Source: Candidatus Latescibacterota bacterium
GTDB taxonomy: Bacteria > Latescibacterota > MVCY01
Length of the DNA: 27,660 nucleotides
Direction: 5' to 3'
Assembly: GCA_030608245.1 (NCBI GenBank)
Contig: JAUWEO010000001.1
Coordinates: 1-27,660 of the forward strand
Shown in pieces: positions 8,752-16,265 of the stretch (position 1 is its first letter; each line of letters starts with the position of its first letter). The position numbers and the translations under genes are program-made. The notes below the pieces were generated by a model that saw only the letters and a list, made by a program, of their open reading frames with translations, made no database searches and had not been told where the DNA came from.

Positions 8752-8848
8752 AACGCAAAGACGCTAAGACGCAAAGAAAGAGAATCTTTCTTAATAATCA
8801 GATAATTATATCTCTTATTTTCTCTCTGCGCCTTTGCGTCTCTGCGTT
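8752..8848. repeat. REP-like imperfect inverted repeat (26-nt arms built on an 8-nt ACGCAAAG/ACGCAGAG unit, 45-nt AT-rich loop) in the btuB 5' UTR
   Basis: AACGCAAAGACGCTAAGACGCAAAGA (8752-8777) pairs with TCTCTGCGCCTTTGCGTCTCTGCGTT (8823-8848). On the minus strand 25 of 26 positions pair, including 3 G-U. Confidence 0.8.
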
Positions 8849-8879
8849 AGATTTTTTACGAATCAACGATCCTTAGGTC

Positions 8880-8917
8880 AAAAAAAATCCCCAACCTCCT
8901 GAATTGAAAGGTTGGGG
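8880..8917 (-). terminator. Intrinsic terminator (riboswitch expression platform)
   Basis: Minus strand reads CCCCAACCT-loop-AGGTTGGGG followed by ATTTTTTTT, about 50 nt downstream of the aptamer and upstream of btuB. Confidence 0.85.
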
Positions 8918-8967
8918 CCATTGGCAATACGGTCGCCACCTCCCCTCGGAGGCTTCTGATGCAAACC

Positions 8968-9129
8968 GAAACCAGGCAGGTCTCCTGACTTACGACCAAT
9001 TCTGCCGCGCCTTCCCACCCTTAACAGGCAGTGGCATTCTGCGGCAGCCTTATCGGCCGATTACAGTGGCGGGGCCGTGACGGACTTTCACCGTCTTCCC
9101 CTATTCTCCTCTTGCGAGGCACCTGGTTC
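8968..9129 (-). promoter_or_regulatory. Cobalamin (AdoCbl-type) riboswitch aptamer
   Basis: Minus strand: GAACCAGGTGC...AATAGGGGAAGACGGTGAAAGTCCGTCACGGCCCCGCCACTGTAA...GCCACTG...GGGAAGGC...AAGTCAGGAGACCTGCCTGGTTTC. All hallmark segments, including the B12 box, are present; P1 is closed by GAACCAGG/CCTGGTTTC. Confidence 0.97.
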
Positions 9130-9153
9130 CACTCATTAGAATGTCGATTTCAT

Positions 9154-9182
9154 ACAATAACTATTAAGCAGACATTTGTCAA
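9154..9182 (-). promoter_or_regulatory. Sigma70-type promoter for the riboswitch/btuB operon
   Basis: TTGACA (9182-9177), 17 nt, TATTGT (9159-9154), ending about 25 nt before the aptamer. Confidence 0.7.
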
Positions 9183-9378
9183 CCTCAAAATACAAACCTC
9201 AGTGAAATTTTTTGCTTATTTCCCTGGTTTGATAGTTTTCCTTTTTTATCGAGACCAACGTCTCAACGGCTATCGGTCTTTCTGTATTATTTTAGTAGAG
9301 TTATCTCGCGAACTGTCAAAAAACTTGGCTGAGACAAGCTGACCCACCGGAGTGCCCGGGCGCTTCTCAAACACAGTA

Positions 9379-9423
9379 TTGACAAAAATTCGTCAGGAGG
9401 TTATATTGAAAATAGCCTTCAAT
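9379..9423 (+). promoter_or_regulatory. Sigma70-type promoter with overlapping palindromic operator
   Basis: TTGACA (9379-9384), 17 nt, TATATT (9402-9407). The inverted repeat ATTGAA-AATAGCC-TTCAAT (9405-9423) overlaps the -10/+1 region. Confidence 0.6.
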
Positions 9424-9529
9424 TAGTCCCAGTCTTCCCTGGTGATCAGGGATAAAGATCACAGAAGATGATTAGATACAATACCCATAGGCTAATTTGT
9501 ATTAAAGGATTTCGACACAAGAGGGGAAA

Positions 9530-10150
9530 ATGGGCAGGCAAATACTAAGTGAACTCAAAAAGCATGTTCCCTTCACTGCTTTGGGAGCGATTACGGGGAT
9601 TGTTGTGATGGTTATAGTAATACTTGGCAATATGCTTGTCCAAGCTTCCCAGGCTTCTCCAACCATTTTTTACGTCTTGCATCCAACCCATGTGGCCTTA
9701 AGTGCAATTGTCACCACAGCAATCTACAAACTACACAAGCCTGAGTGCAAAGTCTTGACGGCCATTGTGATTGGTTATATTGGTTCAATTGGGATAGCTA
9801 CATTGAGCGATTCAATAATTCCTTATCTGGGCGAATTAATACTTAATCTACCGAATAGAGGGATTCATATAGGGTTCATTGAGGAACCATTGCTAACAAA
9901 TCCTGCAGCATTTTTGGGTATTGCAATCGGTTTTTTTAGACCGTCAACTAAATTTCCCCATTCCGGACATGTGTTAATCAGCACCTGGGCATCATTATTT
10001 CATATCATCATGGCCTTAGGTCTAACAGTGAATTGGATTGTAATTGTCGCTATCTTTTTCTTTTTGTTTTTAGCAGTATGGATACCTTGTTGCGCGAGTG
10101 ATATAGTATTCCCTCTTTTACTCGTTCCTACAAGAAGTGGAGGAAGATGA
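9530..10150 (+). CDS. Uncharacterised integral membrane protein, His-rich (possible metal transport/binding)
   Basis: 206 aa with about 6 hydrophobic segments. His/Cys in or beside helices: KKHVPF, LHPTHVALS, HIGFIE, FPHSGHV, SLFH, PCCASD. GAGGGG RBS and its own promoter. Confidence 0.8.
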   Translation: MGRQILSELKKHVPFTALGAITGIVVMVIVILGNMLVQASQASPTIFYVLHPTHVALSAIVTTAIYKLHKPECKVLTAIVIGYIGSIGIATLSDSIIPYLGELILNLPNRGIHIGFIEEPLLTNPAAFLGIAIGFFRPSTKFPHSGHVLISTWASLFHIIMALGLTVNWIVIVAIFFFLFLAVWIPCCASDIVFPLLLVPTRSGGR

Positions 10151-10996
10151 GAAAAACTGAAGTGAATCATCTATGAAAGAGGAAAGCCTTTTGAGAGTTT
10201 CCACCGTCTGATAAGTGACTTTATACTTACCTATTCCACTGAGTAACCTAGCCTTACCATGATAATCTGATCCCCCCGTGCAGACCAGGTTGTACCTTTG
10301 AGATATCTCCTTATAATGTCGGATAAGCTGTGGTGTATGCATAGGGTGAATAGTCTCGATGCCCTTAAGGCCCCACTTCACCAACAGGGGGATAAACTCA
10401 TCTTTGTGCATTGTGGCAGGATGAGCCAATACCGGCACCCCTCCGGCCCTCCCAATCAGATCTATGGCCTCAACCGGGGAGAGCAAGCGCTTGGACACAT
10501 AGGCAGGCCCGTTCTGTCCAATGTATCTGTTGAACGCTTCACTGTAGGAAGAGACTACCCCTTCCCTAACCAAGGCATCGGCAATGTGGGGTCTGCCCAC
10601 TACTCCCTCCCCCGCAATCTGGAGAACCTGATCTAAGTGCAAATTTATTCCCAATTTCTTCAGCCGAGCGACCATCTTCTCTGCTCGAAACAGACGTCCC
10701 TCCTTCAATTCCCTCATTTTTTCCCCGAAGGCTCTGTTCTGCCAATCCATAAAATATCCTAAAATGTGAATCTCGCTGTCGTTCAGCATTGTGCTCAGTT
10801 CAACGCCGGGGATGACCTCTATATTCAATGGCGAAGCGGCCTGCAGGGCTCTCTCGATCGCCCGGACGGTATCGTGGTCGGTGATGGCGACTGCCTTGAG
10901 TCCGGCCTTCTCAGCCAGACCGGGTATTTCCTCCGGCCGGCCTATCCCATCTGAGCAGGTGGTGTGGATGTGTAAATCGACATAGGAGTCTTCCAT
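10118..10996 (-). CDS. PHP-domain phosphoesterase (TrpH/YciV-like)
   Basis: DLHIHTTCSDG, AITDHDT, IPGVELST, IHILGY, GRPHIADAL, VLAHP and TGGSDYHG metal-binding motifs; AAGGAAGG RBS. Confidence 0.92.
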   Translation of the reverse strand: MEDSYVDLHIHTTCSDGIGRPEEIPGLAEKAGLKAVAITDHDTVRAIERALQAASPLNIEVIPGVELSTMLNDSEIHILGYFMDWQNRAFGEKMRELKEGRLFRAEKMVARLKKLGINLHLDQVLQIAGEGVVGRPHIADALVREGVVSSYSEAFNRYIGQNGPAYVSKRLLSPVEAIDLIGRAGGVPVLAHPATMHKDEFIPLLVKWGLKGIETIHPMHTPQLIRHYKEISQRYNLVCTGGSDYHGKARLLSGIGKYKVTYQTVETLKRLSSFIDDSLQFFSSSSTSCRNE

Positions 10997-11042
10997 TGCC
11001 TTCCTTTTCTGTCAGCCTTTCGTTCTGTCTATGTTTAGAGAA

Positions 11043-11211
11043 TTGAACACTGAAAAACACCGAAACAACTTTCAATCATGGATCGTAGAGTTGCTTTACG
11101 AAAACTTAATTGAGAATATGTCAAACGATATTTTGAAATTCACAGTTGTTTCGGAAAATAATCCGGTTGGGCTATTTCGTACTGTTCTTTGGTTGTTTCA
11201 GTGTGTTTTTC
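11043..11211. repeat. ~169-bp MITE/REP-like element, copy A
   Basis: Left end TTGAACACTGAAAAACACCGAAA matches the reverse complement of 16243-16265 at 22/23 nt. Right end GGTTGTTTCAGTGTGTTTTTC shares blocks with 16099-16128. Confidence 0.6.
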
Positions 11212-12356
11212 GAATCAGGGCTTATTTCAGCCTGAAATGCATAGAGATACCCATCATCGGAGCCAATATACACTCCCCTGGAAGTGATTGCGGGAGAGGA
11301 GTTAATGGCTCCATTAGTCTTATGTTTCCATCTTGATTTGCCCGTTTTGGCATCGACAGCATAGAAAAAACAGTCCTGAGATCCGAAATAGACAGTCGAT
11401 TGCGTCAACACTGGCGAGGACCGGATAACTCCCTTGGTTTGAAAGCTCCACAGCAGCTTCCCGTCCCGGCTGGCGAGGGCATAGAGAGACCGGTCAGTGG
11501 CGCCGAAGTAGACCTTTCCCTCACCCAGTGCCGGGGAGCAGTAGATACCTCCCTGAGCAGTGAAACTCCAACGAGGCTCACCAGAAAGGCGGTCAAGGCA
11601 GTAGAAACTTCCCCCCACAGTGCCTAAATAAACATAGTCCTGGCCTATTGCTGGGGCAGAATAAATGCTGGCATCCAGTTTCTGCTGCCATTTTAGTCTG
11701 CCATCAAAGATAGAGACGGCATACAGACAGTTGTCGTCAGAGCCGAAGTAAAGCAGGCTGTCGGAAACAGTAGGGGAGCAGTGGATTTGTCCCTCGGTGC
11801 CAAAAGACCAAAGTTCTCTGCCGGTGTCTGCGTTCAGAGCGACTATTTTACCCTGCTCTGTTCCCACAAAGACCCGGTTGCCAGCCACACAAGGAGAGGA
11901 TAGAAAGATCTCCCCCAGATTTTTCCTCCACCGAAGACTTCCCTTGGCCAAGTCAAGTGCCAGCAGAGAGTGCTTCCCGCCCAGAAGGGGAAGGAACAAG
12001 ATGCCATCTCCTACCGCCGGGGCAGAGCAGATCTTTCCCTCAAATTTATAGCTTCCTTCAGCTCGGCCTGTCTGTTCATCTATAGCATACAACTTTCCGT
12101 TGAGAGCTCCAATAACGATTTTTCCTCCCACTGCAAGAGGAGAGATCTCCACGGCTGTTACCGCCTTAAATCTCCATTTGAGTCCAAGTGGCGGCTCTAC
12201 TCCTTCAGGGGCGTATCCTGTTGCCCCAAGATCCCCACGAAAACAGGGCCAGTCGTTCTCTCTTATCCGAAGCCCTGGAAACATAAAGCGATGGGAACAG
12301 CAGGGCAGAACAACTGAGACCACAACTAACAGAATTTTGAGGACTTGCCTTTTCAT
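11172..12356 (-). CDS. PQQ-repeat beta-propeller lipoprotein (BamB-like family)
   Basis: Lipoprotein-like signal MKRQVLKILLVVVSVVLPCC. About 8 repeats of the type SSP-x5-VYFG-x-D-x2-LYA-x5-G-x3-W-x-F. Confidence 0.85.
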   Translation of the reverse strand: MKRQVLKILLVVVSVVLPCCSHRFMFPGLRIRENDWPCFRGDLGATGYAPEGVEPPLGLKWRFKAVTAVEISPLAVGGKIVIGALNGKLYAIDEQTGRAEGSYKFEGKICSAPAVGDGILFLPLLGGKHSLLALDLAKGSLRWRKNLGEIFLSSPCVAGNRVFVGTEQGKIVALNADTGRELWSFGTEGQIHCSPTVSDSLLYFGSDDNCLYAVSIFDGRLKWQQKLDASIYSAPAIGQDYVYLGTVGGSFYCLDRLSGEPRWSFTAQGGIYCSPALGEGKVYFGATDRSLYALASRDGKLLWSFQTKGVIRSSPVLTQSTVYFGSQDCFFYAVDAKTGKSRWKHKTNGAINSSPAITSRGVYIGSDDGYLYAFQAEISPDSKNTLKQPKNSTK

Positions 12357-12410
12357 GAAGCTCGTCGGCCAATTATCGGCCGATTAGTAGAGAGGAGTCA
12401 TCTCCCTGAG

Positions 12411-15206
12411 CTAAAAATCCCACCCGAAGGAAAACTCTGAACGGGTGTTTTTGCTCAGAGAGCGGAAATCGGTCTGTCTGCTGAAGTCCAACCTGAGGAC
12501 CACGAAATGAGAGAGCCTCAAACGGGCCCCTATACCGAGACTTCCCAGCAGTCCTTGTTGGCGCATCTGGGCGGCATTGTCCCAACCGTTTCCGATGTCA
12601 ACAAAAAGTGTCCCTCGGATATCCCTCAGCCAAAGTCTAATCCAGGGGAATTTGATCAATAGCTGGTCAATCAGCGGATACCTCAACTCGCCGCTCAACA
12701 GCAACAGATGGTGTCCTCCGATGGAATTGAGCCGATAGCCACGGAAACTCCAGCTTCCCCCGCTGAAAAAGCGTTGTGGTCGTCTGCCGTGACTTGATCT
12801 GGCAAACAACTTTAAGGCCAGGGTATTTCTTCTGGAGAGTCTAAGATAACGGCGCCAATCTGCGAGGAGGCTGAAGTAGTGAATTCGGTGGTGTTCGATA
12901 TCAACAGTTTGTCCTAAGGTGAGGTTGTATCTTTCTCCGTCGATAGGGCCTACGGTGCCCCAAAGGCTGTTGTCTTTGGTGTAGCCGATGTAGGTGGAGA
13001 AAAGCAATCCCCCTTCCGGATCCAGCCCGCCGAAGAACTCTTCGCCCTCACAGTGGCGAAAGACAAGGTCTGTCTGCAGACGGGTGAATTTTGAAAAGGG
13101 GTAGCTGAGAGTGAAAAACCCGCCGTAGCGACGGTAGTGAATCCAGTTAGCCGAGGCGAGACTATATCCAGCCAAGTGAAAGACGCCCAAGGTTTTACTC
13201 CAGCGACGCGTAAGGTCTGCCTTGACTACGGCGATATTCATGTTTCTAAGCAGGTCTCTTCTTGTTCCCGCGGTATTGGACAAAAAGAAGTAGTAGTGGT
13301 GATCTCCCAGCATATCAGTTACTGCCACTCCCAGGCCGCCCACCGGTCCTAATTCTGGGTCGTAGGCGATTACACTCTGGGCCAAATCGAGGCTGAACTT
13401 GCGTTGGTATGGAACCACTCTTTGAACACAGTTTTCCCCTGTCCCGGAAAATGTCCAGTGTTCTCCTGTAGTTTCCGGCTCGGTGGGCTCTACCACTGTT
13501 AGCTGTTGGGGAAGAGAGAATCGGTAGATTTGAAAACTGCCTTTCTCAAAGGCGCAGAATAACAGTTGCTTGCCATCAGGAAACCAGCAGGGGGAGAAGG
13601 CCCCGGTTAAGATATTGGTAATCCTTTTGCACTCCAGGTTTTCGTCCAGGAGGTAGAGATTGAAGCCCCCATCGCGGTCGGAAGAGAAGGCCAATTCTAA
13701 ACCATCAGGAGACCAGGCAGGGGAGAGATCATTGTGTCTGCCCCAGGTCAGAGGTTTTATCTCTCCAGTGGAGAGCTGATAGATAAACAGGTTGTAATAT
13801 CCATGTTCCGGGGGCCTATTTCTGTCCGAGCTGAACACGACCTGCTGCCCGTCGGGGAACCAACTGGGTTCCCGCTCGCTGTAGAGGTCGTTGGTTAGTT
13901 TCTGGAGTCCACCGTCTTTCACCGAAAGGATGTAGAGATCACTTACGCCCTGAGTATCTTGTGCGCAAAAAGCCAGTTGTTCTCCGTCTGGTGACCAACT
14001 GGGAGAGAACAGGGATAACAAGGGCTCAAAGGCGAATTTTCTGATCAATCGGTGCCGGCTGATATCCCACAGATAGAGGGCATCTCGTTCTCCCCTTCTG
14101 GAGACAAAGGCCAATACCTGTTGGCGATTCACAGAGAGTCGGCTGTGTTGGGGGTGAAAGGACTCGAATTCTGCAGTGCGTTCCCCTTTGATGATTTTTT
14201 CCGCTCCGGGTTGGGAAAATCCCTGTCGACAGATGTTGAAATAACCCATCCGATTGGAAATAAACAAAAAACTTTCTGCAGTACTGTCGACAGGGGAGGT
14301 TACAATTACGGGTTGTAGATTCATCCCCGTGTGGGTGAGTTTGGTGGCGATTTCGCTTACCGCCTCGGCGGTGCCCATTCGGGGGAAATACTGCTTCTGG
14401 AGCCAATATCGCCACTCTTCGTTCAGCTTTTTCAGACTCACTCCGGTGGCCGAACGAAAGACAGACTCAAAATCCTCACTGCGCCACCAGTTCTCAAAAA
14501 TGAGGGATATTTTGTCTTCTCCGTATTTTTCAGCAATGTATTTGAGAATACTCTGCCCCTCTTTGTACATCTTGAACGAGCCCTCTATTAGGGCCATATC
14601 CTGGATAGAGACCAGAGTCCCGGAGTAGAGGGCATCTCTTATCACCATATCGGCAGTAGAATCCCACCCCTGGGACCAGTATTCGGCCAGCCCCTCGTTA
14701 AACCAGAGAGGTGGGAGGTAAAAATTATAAATGCGATGTTTCGCCGTTATTGTTTTTAACTTCTCGCAAGTGAAGACGTGGACTAATTCATGACGGATTA
14801 CATGCTTAAACTCTGCAACCGAGCCGGTGTAGGGGATGACCACGCGTCCTTTGGCAAACTCCATAAATCCGCCCACATCTTCGGGCAGGAGGGCAGGAAT
14901 GGTATTGGTCTGCTGGAAGTGAATAGATGAGCTGTAGAAGATGAGGGGAATCCGGCGGTGGAGGGTATAGGTAAGCTTTCGTTCTAAGAGAGTGTAGCTT
15001 TCCTCTGCCAATCTTGCTCCTATCTCCGCAATCCGTCTTTCCTCAGGATAGAAATAGATGTGAAAGTGAGGGGTGGTCATCCTCTGCCAGTCGAAATCTG
15101 TATAGCGGACTTTGTTTTTACCGAAATAGTATTGGGCATGAAGATCAGTTGAGGAGAGCACCAGGCAGAGGAGAACCAGCAGGGGTATTTGCAGGTGATG
15201 TTTCAT
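12411..15206 (-). CDS. Omp85/BamA-TamA family outer-membrane protein with N-terminal zinc-peptidase (HExxH) domain and PD40/TolB-like propeller
   Basis: Start re-called at 15206 (MKHHLQIPLLVLLCLVLSSTDLHA signal, then QYYFGKNKV). HELVH...PLWFNEGLAEY; several PSWSPDG/PAWSPDG repeats; C-terminal GSWSFRGY, SGELRYPL, FVDIG and terminal FSFGWDF barrel signature. Confidence 0.88.
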   Translation of the reverse strand: MKHHLQIPLLVLLCLVLSSTDLHAQYYFGKNKVRYTDFDWQRMTTPHFHIYFYPEERRIAEIGARLAEESYTLLERKLTYTLHRRIPLIFYSSSIHFQQTNTIPALLPEDVGGFMEFAKGRVVIPYTGSVAEFKHVIRHELVHVFTCEKLKTITAKHRIYNFYLPPLWFNEGLAEYWSQGWDSTADMVIRDALYSGTLVSIQDMALIEGSFKMYKEGQSILKYIAEKYGEDKISLIFENWWRSEDFESVFRSATGVSLKKLNEEWRYWLQKQYFPRMGTAEAVSEIATKLTHTGMNLQPVIVTSPVDSTAESFLFISNRMGYFNICRQGFSQPGAEKIIKGERTAEFESFHPQHSRLSVNRQQVLAFVSRRGERDALYLWDISRHRLIRKFAFEPLLSLFSPSWSPDGEQLAFCAQDTQGVSDLYILSVKDGGLQKLTNDLYSEREPSWFPDGQQVVFSSDRNRPPEHGYYNLFIYQLSTGEIKPLTWGRHNDLSPAWSPDGLELAFSSDRDGGFNLYLLDENLECKRITNILTGAFSPCWFPDGKQLLFCAFEKGSFQIYRFSLPQQLTVVEPTEPETTGEHWTFSGTGENCVQRVVPYQRKFSLDLAQSVIAYDPELGPVGGLGVAVTDMLGDHHYYFFLSNTAGTRRDLLRNMNIAVVKADLTRRWSKTLGVFHLAGYSLASANWIHYRRYGGFFTLSYPFSKFTRLQTDLVFRHCEGEEFFGGLDPEGGLLFSTYIGYTKDNSLWGTVGPIDGERYNLTLGQTVDIEHHRIHYFSLLADWRRYLRLSRRNTLALKLFARSSHGRRPQRFFSGGSWSFRGYRLNSIGGHHLLLLSGELRYPLIDQLLIKFPWIRLWLRDIRGTLFVDIGNGWDNAAQMRQQGLLGSLGIGARLRLSHFVVLRLDFSRQTDFRSLSKNTRSEFSFGWDF

Positions 15207-15255
15207 AGCAGATAAAGTCGGCCAACAGTTCTTGCCAGAGTCCCTGGGGGAGAAT

Positions 15256-16059
15256 TTACGAGTGAGTGAATCTTTTTGGCAGAACAAGAAGCATTGCCAC
15301 CGCCAACACAAACAGCAGCACGCACACACCCTGATTAAAGAGCACCGGGACTTTCCCGATCTTAAATAATATCATGCTATTTTCGTAATAGCGCGCAGAA
15401 TCAACTACAAAACGAGCTACTGCATAGGAGGCAAGCAGCAGCCAGAAGGTGAAGCCGTCGAACTTCTTAAACCTCTCTAAGAAGAGCAGAAGTCCAAAGA
15501 TTATCAGCCCATAGGCGGAGGAATAGAGCTGGGTGGGATGGATGGGGGTGTGGGGGAAGACAAAGCCAGCTGGACTGTCGGGGGGGAAACCCATCGCCCA
15601 AGGAAGCTGAGAGGGTTTTCCAAAACAGCAGCCGTTTAAAAAACAGCCCATCCGCACCAGAAATATCCCCGAGGCAATAGAGGGGGCGAAGGCGTCTGCC
15701 GTTCTCCAGAAAGGGAGTCTGTGTCGCCGGATATAGAGAAACCCCACTGCCAAAGCAGGGATCAATCCGCCGTAAAGTATCAGGCCGGATATGCCGAATC
15801 CCTCAGGGCCGAAGGGATTGATGATAGAGATCGGGTTATCCGAGTACTGGCCCCAGTGAAACGCCACATAGGTCAATCTTGCCCCGATGATGCCTGTAAC
15901 AATGCCCCATACTGACATATCCATCATTTGACTGGGTTCGACCCCCACCCTCTGGGCGCGCTTTACCGCCAGCCACAGCCCAAAGAAAAAGGCCAGGGCA
16001 AGCATCAATCCGTAAGAGCGAATGGCAAAGGGACCTACTCGGAACAAGAGAGAGTGCAT
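15256..16059 (-). CDS. lgt: Prolipoprotein diacylglyceryl transferase
   Basis: IRSYGLMLALAF, GARLTYV, LYGGL, RMGCFLNGCCFG, HPTQLY and RFVVD motifs. Confidence 0.93.
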   Translation of the reverse strand: MHSLLFRVGPFAIRSYGLMLALAFFFGLWLAVKRAQRVGVEPSQMMDMSVWGIVTGIIGARLTYVAFHWGQYSDNPISIINPFGPEGFGISGLILYGGLIPALAVGFLYIRRHRLPFWRTADAFAPSIASGIFLVRMGCFLNGCCFGKPSQLPWAMGFPPDSPAGFVFPHTPIHPTQLYSSAYGLIIFGLLLFLERFKKFDGFTFWLLLASYAVARFVVDSARYYENSMILFKIGKVPVLFNQGVCVLLFVLAVAMLLVLPKRFTHS

Positions 16060-16098
16060 CTTAGTCTCCCCTTTCTATGGAGTTAAAGACAAATTCAA

Positions 16099-16265
16099 GA
16101 AAAACACCGAATCAACGCTGAAACAACCGGAAAAATGATGGTGACGTTTCATTAGGTTGGGTTTCGTTGCTCAACCCAACTTATAGCGACTGCAAGTGCT
16201 CCCGAACACATTGAAAAACAATTTAATATGGTATTCAGTACCTTTCGGTGTTTTTCGGTGTTCAA
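16099..16265. repeat. ~167-bp MITE/REP-like element, copy B, with an internal REP-like hairpin
   Basis: Ends GAAAAACACCGAA... and ...TTTCGGTGTTTTTCGGTGTTCAA match the ends of copy A (11043-11211) in inverted orientation. Internal hairpin TAGGTTGGGTT-TCGTTGCTC-AACCCAACTTA at 16153-16183. Confidence 0.6.

Noticed and set aside
9424-9529. Possible metal-sensing riboswitch (yybP-ykoY or NiCo) in the leader of the His-rich membrane gene
   Set aside because: Only a short CCCTG/CAGGG hairpin is visible; conserved riboswitch cores were not found by eye. An Infernal scan would settle it.
10118-10150. 33-bp convergent overlap between the membrane protein and PHP genes
   Set aside because: Short tail-to-tail overlaps are common and both ends lie beyond the conserved domains.
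11031-11336. 101-aa plus-strand ORF spanning the PHP/BamB-like gap
   Set aside because: Mostly runs through the repeat element and antisense to the BamB-like gene; no recognisable domain.
15207-15329. Cys-rich N-terminal extension (MCACCCLCWRWQC...) of the Omp85 ORF, superficially like a metal-binding or RiPP peptide
   Set aside because: It is an off-frame reading of the lgt 3' end; the signal peptide starts at ATG 15206.
11043-16265. CRISPR-like or composite-transposon reading of the two matching repeats
   Set aside because: Only two copies 5 kb apart with no regular spacers, no cas or transposase gene, and housekeeping genes between them.
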